From Candidatus Eiseniibacteriota bacterium (GTDB lineage Bacteria > Eisenbacteria > RBG-16-71-46 > DASYSL01), in assembly GCA_031431875.1 (NCBI GenBank), contig JANPEF010000088.1, positions 1-48,569 on the forward strand: a stretch of 48,569 nucleotides of DNA, in the 5' to 3' direction. Shown here one piece after another: positions 25,208-34,616 of this stretch; the first letter of the stretch is position 1; each line of letters begins with the position of its first letter. The position numbers were made by a program, and so were the translations under genes. The notes below the pieces were generated by a model. The model searched no databases. It worked only from the letters and a program-made list of their open reading frames with translations, and was not told the DNA's origin.

Positions 25208-27175
25208 GTGAACGAGATCCGATCCTGGACCCGGCGTGACGCCGCGGAGACCTACAACGTCCAGCAGTGGGGCGCCGGCTACTTTCACGTCAACGAAGTC
25301 GGCCACATCCAGGTGACTCCCGACGGACCCGACGGGCCCGGCGTCGACCTGCACGATCTGGTGCTCGACCTCCGTGCCCGCGGCATCGGCCTCCCCCTCC
25401 TCGTCCGCTTCTCCGACATCCTGCACTCCCGCGTGCGCACCATCTGCTCGAGCTTCGCCACGGCCATCCAGGAGTACGGCTTCAAGGGAACGTACAAGGG
25501 CGTCTACCCGATCAAGGTCAACCAGCAGCATCACGTGGTCGAGGAGCTGGTGCGCTTCAGCCGCCCCTACAACCTCGGCCTCGAGGCGGGCTCGAAGCCC
25601 GAGTTGCTGGTCGCTCTCGCCCTGCAGGACAATCCGAACGCGCTGCTGATCCTCAACGGCTACAAGGACGACGAATACATCGAGACGGCCTTGCTCGCCC
25701 AGCGCCTCGGCCGCTACCCGATCATCGTCATCGATCGTTTCCGCGAACTCGAGCTGGTGCTCCAGGCCGCCGAGCGCCTCGGCATCCGTCCGCACATCGG
25801 CGTGCGCGCCAAGCTGTCGGCGCGCGGCGCCGGCAAGTGGGCCGAATCGACGGGCGACCGATCCAAGTTCGGCCTGACCGCAACCGAGCTGATCGCTCTG
25901 TGCGATCGCCTGCGCGCCGCCGGCATGCTCGACTGCCTCGAGCTGGTGCACTTCCACATCGGCTCGCAGATCAGCGCCATCAAGGCGATCAAGGAGTCGA
26001 TGCGCGAGGCGATGCGCTTCTACGTCGAGCTCGCCGCGGCCGGCGCGGGACTCAAGTACATCGACGTCGGCGGCGGTCTCGGCGTCGACTACGATGGCTC
26101 GCAGACCAACTGGTCGTCGTCCATGAACTATTCGGTGCAGGAGTACGCCAACGACGTCGTGGGCGCAGTGCTCGACGCCTGCAACGAGCGCGGCCTGCCC
26201 CATCCCGATATCGTCTCCGAGTCCGGCCGCGCGCTGGTCGCCCACCACTCGGTGCTCGTCTTCGACGTCCTCGACGTCAACGAGGTGAGCAGCGGTCAGG
26301 CCTCCCCCGGCCCGCTCGGCGACGACGAGCACGCCGTGATCAGGAGCCTGTCCGAGACCTGGCGTGGAGTCTCGATCAAGAACTTCCAGGAGAGCTACCA
26401 CGACGCGCTCCAGCTCAAGGACGAGGCCACGAGCCTGTTCAACCTCGGATACTTCGACCTCAAGCAGCGGGCCCGTGTCGAGCAGTTGTTCTGGGGCTGC
26501 TGCGAGGCGATCCTCAAGATCATCAAGGAACTCGATTACGTGCCCGACGACCTCGAGGGACTCGAGAAGGGCATGGCCGACACCTACTTCGGCAACTTCT
26601 CGGTGTTCCAGTCGGCGCCCGATCACTGGGCCGTCAAGCAGGTCTTCCCGGTCGCGCCGCTCCATCGCCTGCTCGAGCGGCCGACGCGCAAGGGCGTGTT
26701 CGCCGACCTGACCTGCGATTCCGACGGCAAGATGGATCGCTTCATCGACCTGCGCGACGTCAAGACGTCACTCGAGTTGCACCCGTACAACGGCGAGCCC
26801 TATTACATGGGCGTGTTCCTCGTGGGGGCCTACCAGGAGATCCTGGGCGACCTGCACAACCTCTTCGGCGACACGAATGCAGTGCATGTGCGCGTCGAGA
26901 AGGACGGCTATTTCATCGATCACGTGGTCGAGGGAGACTCGGTGAGTGAAGTCCTGGGCTACGTGCAGTATGACCGCGCCGACCTCGTGCGGCGCGTCCG
27001 CCGCGCGAGCGAGGAGGCGCTGCGCAATCGCGCGATCTCGTTCGAGGAATCCGCGCTGCTCCTCCGCCGCTTCGAGGAAGGACTCGCGGGATACACCTAC
27101 CTCGAGGAGAGCACCGAAGCCCTGACGCCGGTCAAGCCGGCGACGGTGACTTCGACCCCGGTGACGCAGGGATGA
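25208..27175 (+). CDS. speA: Biosynthetic arginine decarboxylase
   Basis: VYPIKVNQ (PLP lysine), GLEAGSKPEL, HFHIGSQ, DVGGGLGVDYDGS, ESGRA, DLTCDSDG, GAYQEILGDLHNLFG. Confidence 0.95.
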   Translation: MNEIRSWTRRDAAETYNVQQWGAGYFHVNEVGHIQVTPDGPDGPGVDLHDLVLDLRARGIGLPLLVRFSDILHSRVRTICSSFATAIQEYGFKGTYKGVYPIKVNQQHHVVEELVRFSRPYNLGLEAGSKPELLVALALQDNPNALLILNGYKDDEYIETALLAQRLGRYPIIVIDRFRELELVLQAAERLGIRPHIGVRAKLSARGAGKWAESTGDRSKFGLTATELIALCDRLRAAGMLDCLELVHFHIGSQISAIKAIKESMREAMRFYVELAAAGAGLKYIDVGGGLGVDYDGSQTNWSSSMNYSVQEYANDVVGAVLDACNERGLPHPDIVSESGRALVAHHSVLVFDVLDVNEVSSGQASPGPLGDDEHAVIRSLSETWRGVSIKNFQESYHDALQLKDEATSLFNLGYFDLKQRARVEQLFWGCCEAILKIIKELDYVPDDLEGLEKGMADTYFGNFSVFQSAPDHWAVKQVFPVAPLHRLLERPTRKGVFADLTCDSDGKMDRFIDLRDVKTSLELHPYNGEPYYMGVFLVGAYQEILGDLHNLFGDTNAVHVRVEKDGYFIDHVVEGDSVSEVLGYVQYDRADLVRRVRRASEEALRNRAISFEESALLLRRFEEGLAGYTYLEESTEALTPVKPATVTSTPVTQG

Positions 27176-29733
27176 CCGCCGCCGCGGCCCAGGCCGCGCA
27201 GCTGACCCCCGAACTGTCCGCCGAGCTCGCTGCCGCGCGCGCCTCCCTGTCGCGCGCCGACGCGAACACGATCGCCGGGCTCGAGCCGTTGTGCGACCGC
27301 CTGGAACGGGCCGGTGCGATCGACCCGCTGTCCGAGATCGTCCTCGCCGCGCTCGACCGCGCCGGCGAACTCGACGTCGAGGTGCCCGTCCGCCTGCCCC
27401 GCTTCCTGCTGCACGCCGCCGACGCGTCGGGCGACGAGGCGCGCATCCACGAGGCGCTCACCATCGCGCACCGCCACCGGCCGAAGGACCCGGCGCTGGC
27501 GCTGCGCCTCGCCCGCGTGCTCGAGGATCGCGGCGAGCGTGACGCCGGACTCGACGTGGTGGCCCGCGCGCTCGACCACCTGGCGAAGGGCGACGATCCG
27601 GCGCTGCTCGACGGCGTGCTGACGCAGCTGCTCGAAGCCGGCGAGCCGTCTCGCGTCGCGGTGGCCCTGCCGACGCTTGGCGCGATCCTGCGCAAGGGCG
27701 AGACGGCACGCATTCTTCCCTTCTTCCAGCTCGCGGGGGACACGCTCGTTCATCCCGACGCCCGCGACGCCGCGTGGCGGGAACTGGCCCGCGCCGCGCG
27801 CGAACTCGCGCCGAAGGCGGCCGAGGCGCTGCGCCCGATCCTGGTGCGCGTGGCGCGTGCGCGCCTGGGCGACGGCGCGGCGGACCTCGTCGCCACGTCC
27901 GGCCTCGAGCCCGAGGCAGGGCCCCTGGCGGAGGCGGTCGCCCGGCTCGACGATCTCGCGCTGCGCGCCCCCGGCACGTACCACGATCACAATTCGTGGG
28001 GCGTCGGTCGCGTCATCAAGCTCGAGGTCGACGCGGTCACGCTCGACTTCCCCAGGCGCAATGGCCAGCGCATGTCGCTCGCGGCGGCGAAGTCGGCGCT
28101 CGCACCGCTCTCGCCCGGCGACCTGCGCGTGCTCGGCGCGTGGCAGCCGGCGGAACTGGCCCGCCTGCGCAAGGAGGATCCAGTCGCGTTCCTCGTCGGC
28201 GTGCTCGCCACGCTCAAGCGCGAGGCGACCGTCACCGAGATGAAGAAGCTGCTGCTCGCCTGGGGCACGGTGGCGCAGGCCGACTGGACGTCGTACTGGC
28301 AGTCGGCCAAGAAGAAGGCGACCGACGATCCGCGGATCGATGCGTCACACGCCTTCGAGCAGCGCTACGCGCCCGCCCGCGGCGGCGCCGGCGTGCGCTT
28401 GCCCGAGTTCCCGCGCCACGAGACACCGCGCAAGGCAATGGCCCTGCTCAAGCGTCTGCTCGGCCAGCACCCCGCGTCGAAGGCGACGCTGGCGCGCACC
28501 TGGGGTGCGGGCCTCGAGCGCTGGGCCGACTCGGGCCGCACCGAGGTCGCCGATCGCGTCGCGGCGCGCTGCTGGGCGGCCGAGCTCGATGCCGATCCGT
28601 CGCGGCACGACGGCGCCGGGATCGCACTCGTCGCCGAGGCGCTCACCGGCGACTTCGATTTCGCCGACCTGCCCGGTCCGCCGGAACAGCGCCGCGCCCT
28701 TGACTGGGGCCTGCGCGGTCCGTCGTGGGAACGCGCGGCGCGTTCGGCGCTGTCGTCACGCCTCGCCGACGTGCGCGAACTCGCGTTCCAGGCAATCCAG
28801 GAGCGCCACGGCAGCGACGCCCCGGGCTTCTGGGAGGCTGTGTGGCTCGAGGCGGCACTCACGCCGTCGGCCGCGCTCTCGGTGCTCGAGCATGCCGACC
28901 CGGCGCGCAAGCCGGTCGCCTCGCTCGCCGCGGCGAACCCATGGATGGGCGTGCGCGGCCTGCTCAACCTGCTCGAGTCCGCACCCGAGGACCCGCTCCC
29001 GGGTCGCGCCGCCAACCTGCTGACCACCGACGGCTGGCTGGCGATGGCCTGCCGCGCCCGTCCCGCCGACGAGGCGCTCGAGACACTGCTCACCCGCCGC
29101 TGCCTGACGTGGAAGACGACCGAGCGCTACCTCGAGCCGATCGTGACGTTCGCCGAGGCGGTGGGCCTCAAGGGGCTCGTGCAGCGCCTCGCCGAGGAGC
29201 GCGCGCGCCGCAAGAAGGGTGCGCTGCCCGCAGCCGATCAGGCGGCCATCGCCTACGGCGGACGGAACCTGATGACCAGGCGCGTCTACGAGCGCACGCG
29301 GCAGGAACTGGGCGACCTCGAGAATGCGCTCAAGACCACCATCCCGCAGGCGATCCAGAAGGCCCGCGAACTGGGCGATCTCAAGGAGAACGCCGAGTAC
29401 CACTCGGCGAAGCTCAAGCAGTCGCAGGCCGAGACGCGTGTCGTGCAGCTCGCCGAGCGCCTGCGCGAGGTGGCGCTGATCGAGGAGCAGTCGCGCGAGG
29501 CTGGCGTCGCCGCGCCCGGCACCGAGGTCGCGATCGCGCTCGAGGACGGCAGCACGGTGCGCTACTGGATCCTCGGCGAAGGCGACGGTGAACTCGGCCC
29601 CGAGGTGGTGAGCTACCGCGCCGCGATCGGCAAGGCGCTCATCGGCCGCCGCAGCGGCGAGAGCGTGACGTGGCAGGGCGATGGCCGCGAGTTGCGTGGC
29701 GTGCTGACGGACGTGACCCCGAGGCTGCCGTGA
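27172..29733 (+). CDS. greA: Long-form GreA/GreB transcript cleavage factor with about 700-aa N-terminal extension
   Basis: C-terminal Gre domain (AIQKARELGDLKENAEYHSAK, YWILGE, VSY...IGKALIG). ATGA overlap with speA. Confidence 0.85.
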   Translation: MTAAAAQAAQLTPELSAELAAARASLSRADANTIAGLEPLCDRLERAGAIDPLSEIVLAALDRAGELDVEVPVRLPRFLLHAADASGDEARIHEALTIAHRHRPKDPALALRLARVLEDRGERDAGLDVVARALDHLAKGDDPALLDGVLTQLLEAGEPSRVAVALPTLGAILRKGETARILPFFQLAGDTLVHPDARDAAWRELARAARELAPKAAEALRPILVRVARARLGDGAADLVATSGLEPEAGPLAEAVARLDDLALRAPGTYHDHNSWGVGRVIKLEVDAVTLDFPRRNGQRMSLAAAKSALAPLSPGDLRVLGAWQPAELARLRKEDPVAFLVGVLATLKREATVTEMKKLLLAWGTVAQADWTSYWQSAKKKATDDPRIDASHAFEQRYAPARGGAGVRLPEFPRHETPRKAMALLKRLLGQHPASKATLARTWGAGLERWADSGRTEVADRVAARCWAAELDADPSRHDGAGIALVAEALTGDFDFADLPGPPEQRRALDWGLRGPSWERAARSALSSRLADVRELAFQAIQERHGSDAPGFWEAVWLEAALTPSAALSVLEHADPARKPVASLAAANPWMGVRGLLNLLESAPEDPLPGRAANLLTTDGWLAMACRARPADEALETLLTRRCLTWKTTERYLEPIVTFAEAVGLKGLVQRLAEERARRKKGALPAADQAAIAYGGRNLMTRRVYERTRQELGDLENALKTTIPQAIQKARELGDLKENAEYHSAKLKQSQAETRVVQLAERLREVALIEEQSREAGVAAPGTEVAIALEDGSTVRYWILGEGDGELGPEVVSYRAAIGKALIGRRSGESVTWQGDGRELRGVLTDVTPRLP

Positions 29734-30743
29734 TCCTCGCCGCCGATGTCGGCGGCACGAAGGCCGACCTGGCGCTCTTCGCGGTCGCTGGTGGCAGGCT
29801 GGTCGAGACGCGACACGAGCGCTTCCCCACCGCCGCGGCGGACGGCCTCGAACCCTTGATCGATCGCTTCCTCGGCGCCGATCGCGCGCACCTGACCGCC
29901 TGCGCCGTCGGCGTCGCCGGCCCGGTGTGCGACGGCAAGGTCGCTGGCACCAACCTGCCGTGGACCGTCGAGGCGAAGTCCCTGGCCGCCCGGCTCGACC
30001 TCCCCGCCGTGACTCTGCTCAACGATCTCGAAGCGGTCGCCTACGGACTCGCCGGACTCGACCCCGCCCAGACGCGACTGCTGCATCCGGGCACGCCCGA
30101 CCCGCGCGGCACGGTCGCCGTGCTCGCCGCGGGCACCGGGCTCGGCCAGGCGTTCGTCGTCACGGGCCGCGACGGCTCGACGCACGCCTGCCCGTCCGAG
30201 GGCGGCCACGCCGACTTCGCGCCGCGCAGCGACCTCGAGTGGGAACTGGCGACGTGGATCGCCGCCCGCCACGAGGGACACGCCTCATGGGAGCGCGTGC
30301 TGTCGGGACTGGGCCTCGGGCACATCTACGACTTCCTGCGCGACACCGGTCGCTGCACCGAGCCGGTGTGGCTGGCCGCCGAACGCGCTGCGGGTGATCC
30401 CAACGCGGCGTTGTCGGCCGCCGACGGTCGCGCCGAGATTGCGACTCAGGCCCTCGACCTGTTCGTCGGCTGCCTCGGCGCGCAGTCCGGCAACTTCGCG
30501 CTCTCGGTGCTTGCCACCGGCGGCGTCTACCTGGGCGGCGGCATTCCGCCACGCATCGCCGATCGTCTCGCCGACGGCCGCTTCGTGCGTGCGTTCCGCG
30601 ACAAGGGCCGCCTCGCCCCGCTCGTCGAGTCGATCCCGGTGCGCATCGTGCTCGACAAGCGCATCGCCGTCCGCGGCGCGGCCACCGTCGCCATGCGCGG
30701 CCTCGCCGTTGCCGCGGCCGCCGTCCCCACTCCGCGTTCCTGA
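29730..30743 (+). CDS. glk: Glucokinase (E. coli Glk family)
   Basis: [59 protein letters not shown] overlap with greA. Confidence 0.92.
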   Translation: MILAADVGGTKADLALFAVAGGRLVETRHERFPTAAADGLEPLIDRFLGADRAHLTACAVGVAGPVCDGKVAGTNLPWTVEAKSLAARLDLPAVTLLNDLEAVAYGLAGLDPAQTRLLHPGTPDPRGTVAVLAAGTGLGQAFVVTGRDGSTHACPSEGGHADFAPRSDLEWELATWIAARHEGHASWERVLSGLGLGHIYDFLRDTGRCTEPVWLAAERAAGDPNAALSAADGRAEIATQALDLFVGCLGAQSGNFALSVLATGGVYLGGGIPPRIADRLADGRFVRAFRDKGRLAPLVESIPVRIVLDKRIAVRGAATVAMRGLAVAAAAVPTPRS

Positions 30744-30772
30744 CCCGAGTTCGTTCCCGGAGGCCCCGCCCG

Positions 30773-32797
30773 ATGTCGATCTCCGCTGCCCCCGTCGTCG
30801 CCCCCATCGCCGGCGCGAGCGCCGCCGATGCGCTCGCCATCCGTACGCTGCAGATGCTCGCCGTCGACGCGGTCGAGGCCGCGCGCTCGGGCCACCCCGG
30901 CGCGCCCATGGGCCAGGCCGCACTTGCCTACGTCCTGTGGACCCGTCACTTGCGCCACTGGCCGGCCGATCCGCAGTGGCCCGGCCGCGATCGCTTCGTC
31001 CTGTCGTGCGGCCACGGCTCGATGCTGCTCTACGGGCTGCTGCATCTCTCCGGTCATGACCTGCCGCTCGACGAGCTGAAGCGCTTCCGCCAGTGGGATT
31101 CGCTCACGCCGGGCCACCCCGAGTACGGACACACGCCGGGCGTCGAGACGACGACCGGCCCGCTGGGCCAGGGCGTCGGCAACGCCGTCGGGCTTGCGCT
31201 GGCGGCGAAGCTCGCGGCGGCACGCGCGGGCGACGCGGCGCCGTTGCCAGGACGCGTGTTCGCGATCTGCTCCGACGGCGATCTCATGGAAGGGATCTCG
31301 TCCGAGGCCGGAGCACTCGCGGGACACCTCGGCCTCGACGGACTGTGCCTGATCTACGACGACAACCAGATCACGATCGAGGGCGCGACCTCGCTCGCCT
31401 GGAGCGAGGACGTGGGCGCACGCTTCGTCGCGCAGGGTTGGCACGTGCAGCACGTCGACGGCCACGACGTGGCCGCGATCGACGCCGCGCTGTCCGCCGC
31501 GGACGCCGAACGGGCGCACCCCAGCCTGATCGTCGCGCGCACGCGCCTGGCGTGGGGCGCACCGCACGCCGAGGGCACGTCCGAGGCGCACGGCTCGCCG
31601 CTCGGCGCCGAGGAGGTCGCGGCGACCAAGCGGGCGCTGGGTTGGCCGCTCGAGCCCGCGTTTCTCGTGCCCGACGAGGCGGGCGCGACGTGGCGCGCCG
31701 GCGCCGAGCGCAATCACGCCGCCTACGACGCGTGGCAGGCCGCACACGCCGCGTGGCGCGCCTCCGATCCGACCCGCGCCGCGGCGTGGGACGCCGCGCG
31801 CGCGAAGGCGCTGCCGGCCGACCTCGAGGCGCAGTTGCTCGCCGCCGTTGGAACGACGGTCGACGCGACGCGCGTGCTCGGCTCGACCGTGTTGCAGGCC
31901 GCCGCGGCGATCGCGCCGTGGCTCGTGGGCGGCTCGGCCGACCTCGACCCGTCGACCAAGACCGCGATCAAGGCCGCGCCGTCGGTCGCGCCCGGGGCGT
32001 TCGTGGGGCGCACGTTTCACTTCGGCGTGCGCGAGCACGCGATGGGCGCGGTCATGAACGGGCTCGCGCTCGACGGCGGCTTCACGCCGTACGGTTCGAC
32101 GTTCCTCGTCTTCGCCGACTACATGCGCCCGGCGATCCGGCTGGCTGCGCTGATGAAGCTGCGGACGATCTACGTGTTCACCCACGACTCGATCCACCTG
32201 GGCGAGGACGGGCCGACCCACCAGCCGATCGAGCACCTGGCCGCGTTGCGCCTGATTCCGAACCTGCGCGTATGGCGCCCCGCCGATGGCGCGGAGACCG
32301 CCATCGCGTGGGCGCAGGCGCTGCGCCGCAGCGACGGCCCGACGGCGCTGGCGCTGACGCGACAGAAGGTTGCGCCGCCCGCGCGCGACGGCGGCGTCGA
32401 TGCCGCGATCATCGCGCGCGGCGGCTACGTGTGGAAGGACGGTGCGGCCGATGCGGTGACCATCGTCGCCACCGGCTCGGAGGTCGCGCTCGCGCTCGAC
32501 GCGGCGGCGCTGCTCGCCGCCGACGGCGTGCCGATGCGCGTCGTGTCGATGCCGTGTGTCGAGGCGTTCCAGGCGCAGGACGTCGCGTGGCGCGATCGCG
32601 TGCTGCCCCCCGGCGGACGCCGGGTGAGCCTCGAGCTGGGCCGCAGCGATCCGTGGGCGGCGATCGTGGGACTCGACGCGCTCCGACTGGGGATCGACCG
32701 CTTCGGCGCCTCGGCGCCGGGACCGGTGATCGCCGAGAAGCTGGGCTTCACGCCGGCGGCGGTGGCAGCACGCGTGCAGGAGTGGCTCGCGGAATGA
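30773..32797 (+). CDS. tkt: Transketolase
   Basis: [67 protein letters not shown]. Confidence 0.96.
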   Translation: MSISAAPVVAPIAGASAADALAIRTLQMLAVDAVEAARSGHPGAPMGQAALAYVLWTRHLRHWPADPQWPGRDRFVLSCGHGSMLLYGLLHLSGHDLPLDELKRFRQWDSLTPGHPEYGHTPGVETTTGPLGQGVGNAVGLALAAKLAAARAGDAAPLPGRVFAICSDGDLMEGISSEAGALAGHLGLDGLCLIYDDNQITIEGATSLAWSEDVGARFVAQGWHVQHVDGHDVAAIDAALSAADAERAHPSLIVARTRLAWGAPHAEGTSEAHGSPLGAEEVAATKRALGWPLEPAFLVPDEAGATWRAGAERNHAAYDAWQAAHAAWRASDPTRAAAWDAARAKALPADLEAQLLAAVGTTVDATRVLGSTVLQAAAAIAPWLVGGSADLDPSTKTAIKAAPSVAPGAFVGRTFHFGVREHAMGAVMNGLALDGGFTPYGSTFLVFADYMRPAIRLAALMKLRTIYVFTHDSIHLGEDGPTHQPIEHLAALRLIPNLRVWRPADGAETAIAWAQALRRSDGPTALALTRQKVAPPARDGGVDAAIIARGGYVWKDGAADAVTIVATGSEVALALDAAALLAADGVPMRVVSMPCVEAFQAQDVAWRDRVLPPGGRRVSLELGRSDPWAAIVGLDALRLGIDRFGASAPGPVIAEKLGFTPAAVAARVQEWLAE

Positions 32798-32830
32798 GGG
32801 GAGCAAGAGGGGTGCGGACGCCCGAATGGT

Positions 32831-32929
32831 CAGCCCAGTCGACTCGCACCAGTGCGAGTCAATTGGGCTGCAGCCCAGTTCACCTCGCCTGAGATAGGTC
32901 AATTGGGCTGCAGCCCAGTTCACCCCGCC
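32831..32929. repeat. Tandem palindromic (REP-like) repeat
   Basis: GTCAATTGGGCTGCAGCCCAGTTCACC(T/C)CGCC at 32858-32889 and 32898-32929 (40-nt period), each with a TGGGCTGCAGCCCA palindrome. A partial third copy (CAGCCCAGT at 32831) and the hairpin GACTCGCAC/GTGCGAGTC (32841-32860) precede them. Confidence 0.8.
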
Positions 32930-32983
32930 GTGGAAAGCTCGATGGGTCCGTTCTGCCTGAACACGGCGCCCCGCGATCCCTGC

Positions 32984-33211
32984 CTAGCGCATGCGATCGG
33001 AGATGAGGCGGTCGTAGGCGCGGCGGGCGGCGGCGGCACGCGACACTCCTGGCGTCTTCGACAGCTCGTAGCCAATGAGCCGCTCGGCCGCGTCGGCCCC
33101 GGCGGCCTGCTTCAGCTTGCGCTCGGCGCCGCCCTTCTGTGCGCGTACGAGCCAGGCGATCCCGACGACCGCGACGACGACGCAGAGCAGGAGTCCCGGC
33201 CAGGGATTCAT
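32984..33211 (-). CDS. Small membrane-anchored hypothetical protein (75 aa)
   Basis: GGAGGA RBS; N-terminal TM helix then AERLIGYE..P...helical tail; lies 10 nt downstream of the XRE gene. Confidence 0.7.
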   Translation of the reverse strand: MNPWPGLLLCVVVAVVGIAWLVRAQKGGAERKLKQAAGADAAERLIGYELSKTPGVSRAAAARRAYDRLISDRMR

Positions 33212-33221
33212 CGCAATCCTC

Positions 33222-33779
33222 CTAGACCTTTGCCAGCACGACGACCGAGTAGCCGACCGCGGTCGTCTTCCCGGAGTTGGTGTAGGAGTGCTTCTGGTCG
33301 CCGCGGAAGGCGACCACGTCCCCGGGCTCGAGCGTCCAGCGATCGCCGGCCGCGACGAGCCGGATCGTCCCCGTCTCGCACATCAGGTACTCATGCGTCC
33401 CGGTCGTGTGCGGAATGCCCGTCATGCGCCCGCCGGGGGCAAGCTCCATGCGATCGATCTCCATGCCGGGGATGGGATCGGGCAGGAGCTTCCGCACGAC
33501 CACGCCCGAGCCGCGCGCCCTGGTCGGCAGCGACCCGGCCGGAAAGCGCCGGCTGTCGGCCCGGGGCACCGCGACCAGTTCCTCCAGCGGCACCGACAAC
33601 GCCTGCGCCACCCGGTAGAGGACCGCCAGCGTCGGGTTGCCGACGCCCGATTCGAGGTGGCTCCAGGTGGCCCGCGGCACGCCGGCCAGCTTCGCCATGC
33701 GCTCCTGGGTGAGGCCCCGCGCCTGGCGCAGTTGCTTCAGGTTTCCGCCCAGCCGGGCGGCCAATCCGTCGTCGCTCAT
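33222..33779 (-). CDS. XRE-family HTH regulator with C-terminal cupin domain
   Basis: NLKQLRQARGLTQERMAKLAGVPRATWSHLESGVGNPTL; cupin PH..GTHEY..LEPGD..F.GDQKHSY.N. Confidence 0.92.
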   Translation of the reverse strand: MSDDGLAARLGGNLKQLRQARGLTQERMAKLAGVPRATWSHLESGVGNPTLAVLYRVAQALSVPLEELVAVPRADSRRFPAGSLPTRARGSGVVVRKLLPDPIPGMEIDRMELAPGGRMTGIPHTTGTHEYLMCETGTIRLVAAGDRWTLEPGDVVAFRGDQKHSYTNSGKTTAVGYSVVVLAKV

Positions 33780-33814
33780 GCCAACACAATGGCACTTCGA
33801 CCATGCATTGGCAA
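33779..33814 (-). promoter_or_regulatory. Leaderless promoter and palindromic operator candidate of the XRE gene
   Basis: TTGCCA (33814-33809), 17-nt spacer, CATTGT (33791-33786) with extended TG, 6 nt to the ATG; palindrome TGCCA-N6-TGGCA at 33779-33794. Confidence 0.5.
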
Positions 33815-33893
33815 TCCCTCTGATTTGTTGGTCCGCGGGTGCATGCTCCGGGAAGCGCGGCGCACGGGGCGCCGCCGGACCCGGAGGCGAACC

Positions 33894-34616
33894 ATGATCG
33901 GCAGGGGCACGAACGTCTGGATCACCGGAGGCGGCCGCGGGCTGGGCGCCGGGCTGGCCCGGGTGTGGGCGAGACGCGGCGCGAGGGTCGCGATCACGGC
34001 GAGGAATGCAACCGAGCTCGAGGCGACGGCGGCGGGCATCCGGGCCACGGGCGGATTCGCCGTCGCTCTGCCCGGGGACGTCGCCGCGAAGGAGGCGGCT
34101 CACCCGCTGGCGGCGCGCGCCCAGGAGGCGCTGGGCGGGGTGCAGGTGCTCGTGCTTGCCGCCAGCGCCCTGGGCCCGGAACCGCTCCGCCTGCTCGGCG
34201 ACACCGACTGCGAGGACCTGGAGCGGGCGCTCGCAGTGAACGTGGTCGGCCCGTTCCGCCTGACGAAGGCCGTCACCGGCGCGATGGCGGTGTCCGGCGG
34301 AGGTCTCGTCGTCCACGTGAGCTCGGACGCGGCGCTCACCCCCTACCCGACCTGGGGCGCCTACGGCGCGTCGAAAGCCGCGTTCGATCAGCTCGCCCGG
34401 ATCTGGGCCGCCGAAGTCGCGTCGCTCGGTGTGCGCTTCCTGTCGATCGATCCCGGCGACATGGACACCGCGCTGCACCGGACCGCGGTGCCCGACGCGG
34501 ACCGCTCGCAACTGCAGGATCCCGCCGAGGTCGCGGAGCGCTTCGCCGCGCTCGTCGACCGCGCGTGCGTCCACGAAAACGGTGCGCGCCTCGTGCTCGC
34601 CGCGGAGGCGGCGTGA
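33894..34616 (+). CDS. Short-chain dehydrogenase/reductase (classical SDR)
   Basis: GGAGG RBS; ITGGGRGLG, VNVVGPF, HVSSDA, YGASK (YxxxK), DPGDMDT. Confidence 0.92.
   Translation: MIGRGTNVWITGGGRGLGAGLARVWARRGARVAITARNATELEATAAGIRATGGFAVALPGDVAAKEAAHPLAARAQEALGGVQVLVLAASALGPEPLRLLGDTDCEDLERALAVNVVGPFRLTKAVTGAMAVSGGGLVVHVSSDAALTPYPTWGAYGASKAAFDQLARIWAAEVASLGVRFLSIDPGDMDTALHRTAVPDADRSQLQDPAEVAERFAALVDRACVHENGARLVLAAEAA

Noticed and set aside
32858..32929. Possible mini CRISPR array
   Set aside because: Only two full repeats with an 8-nt spacer, no leader and no cas genes; it fits a REP-like palindrome better.
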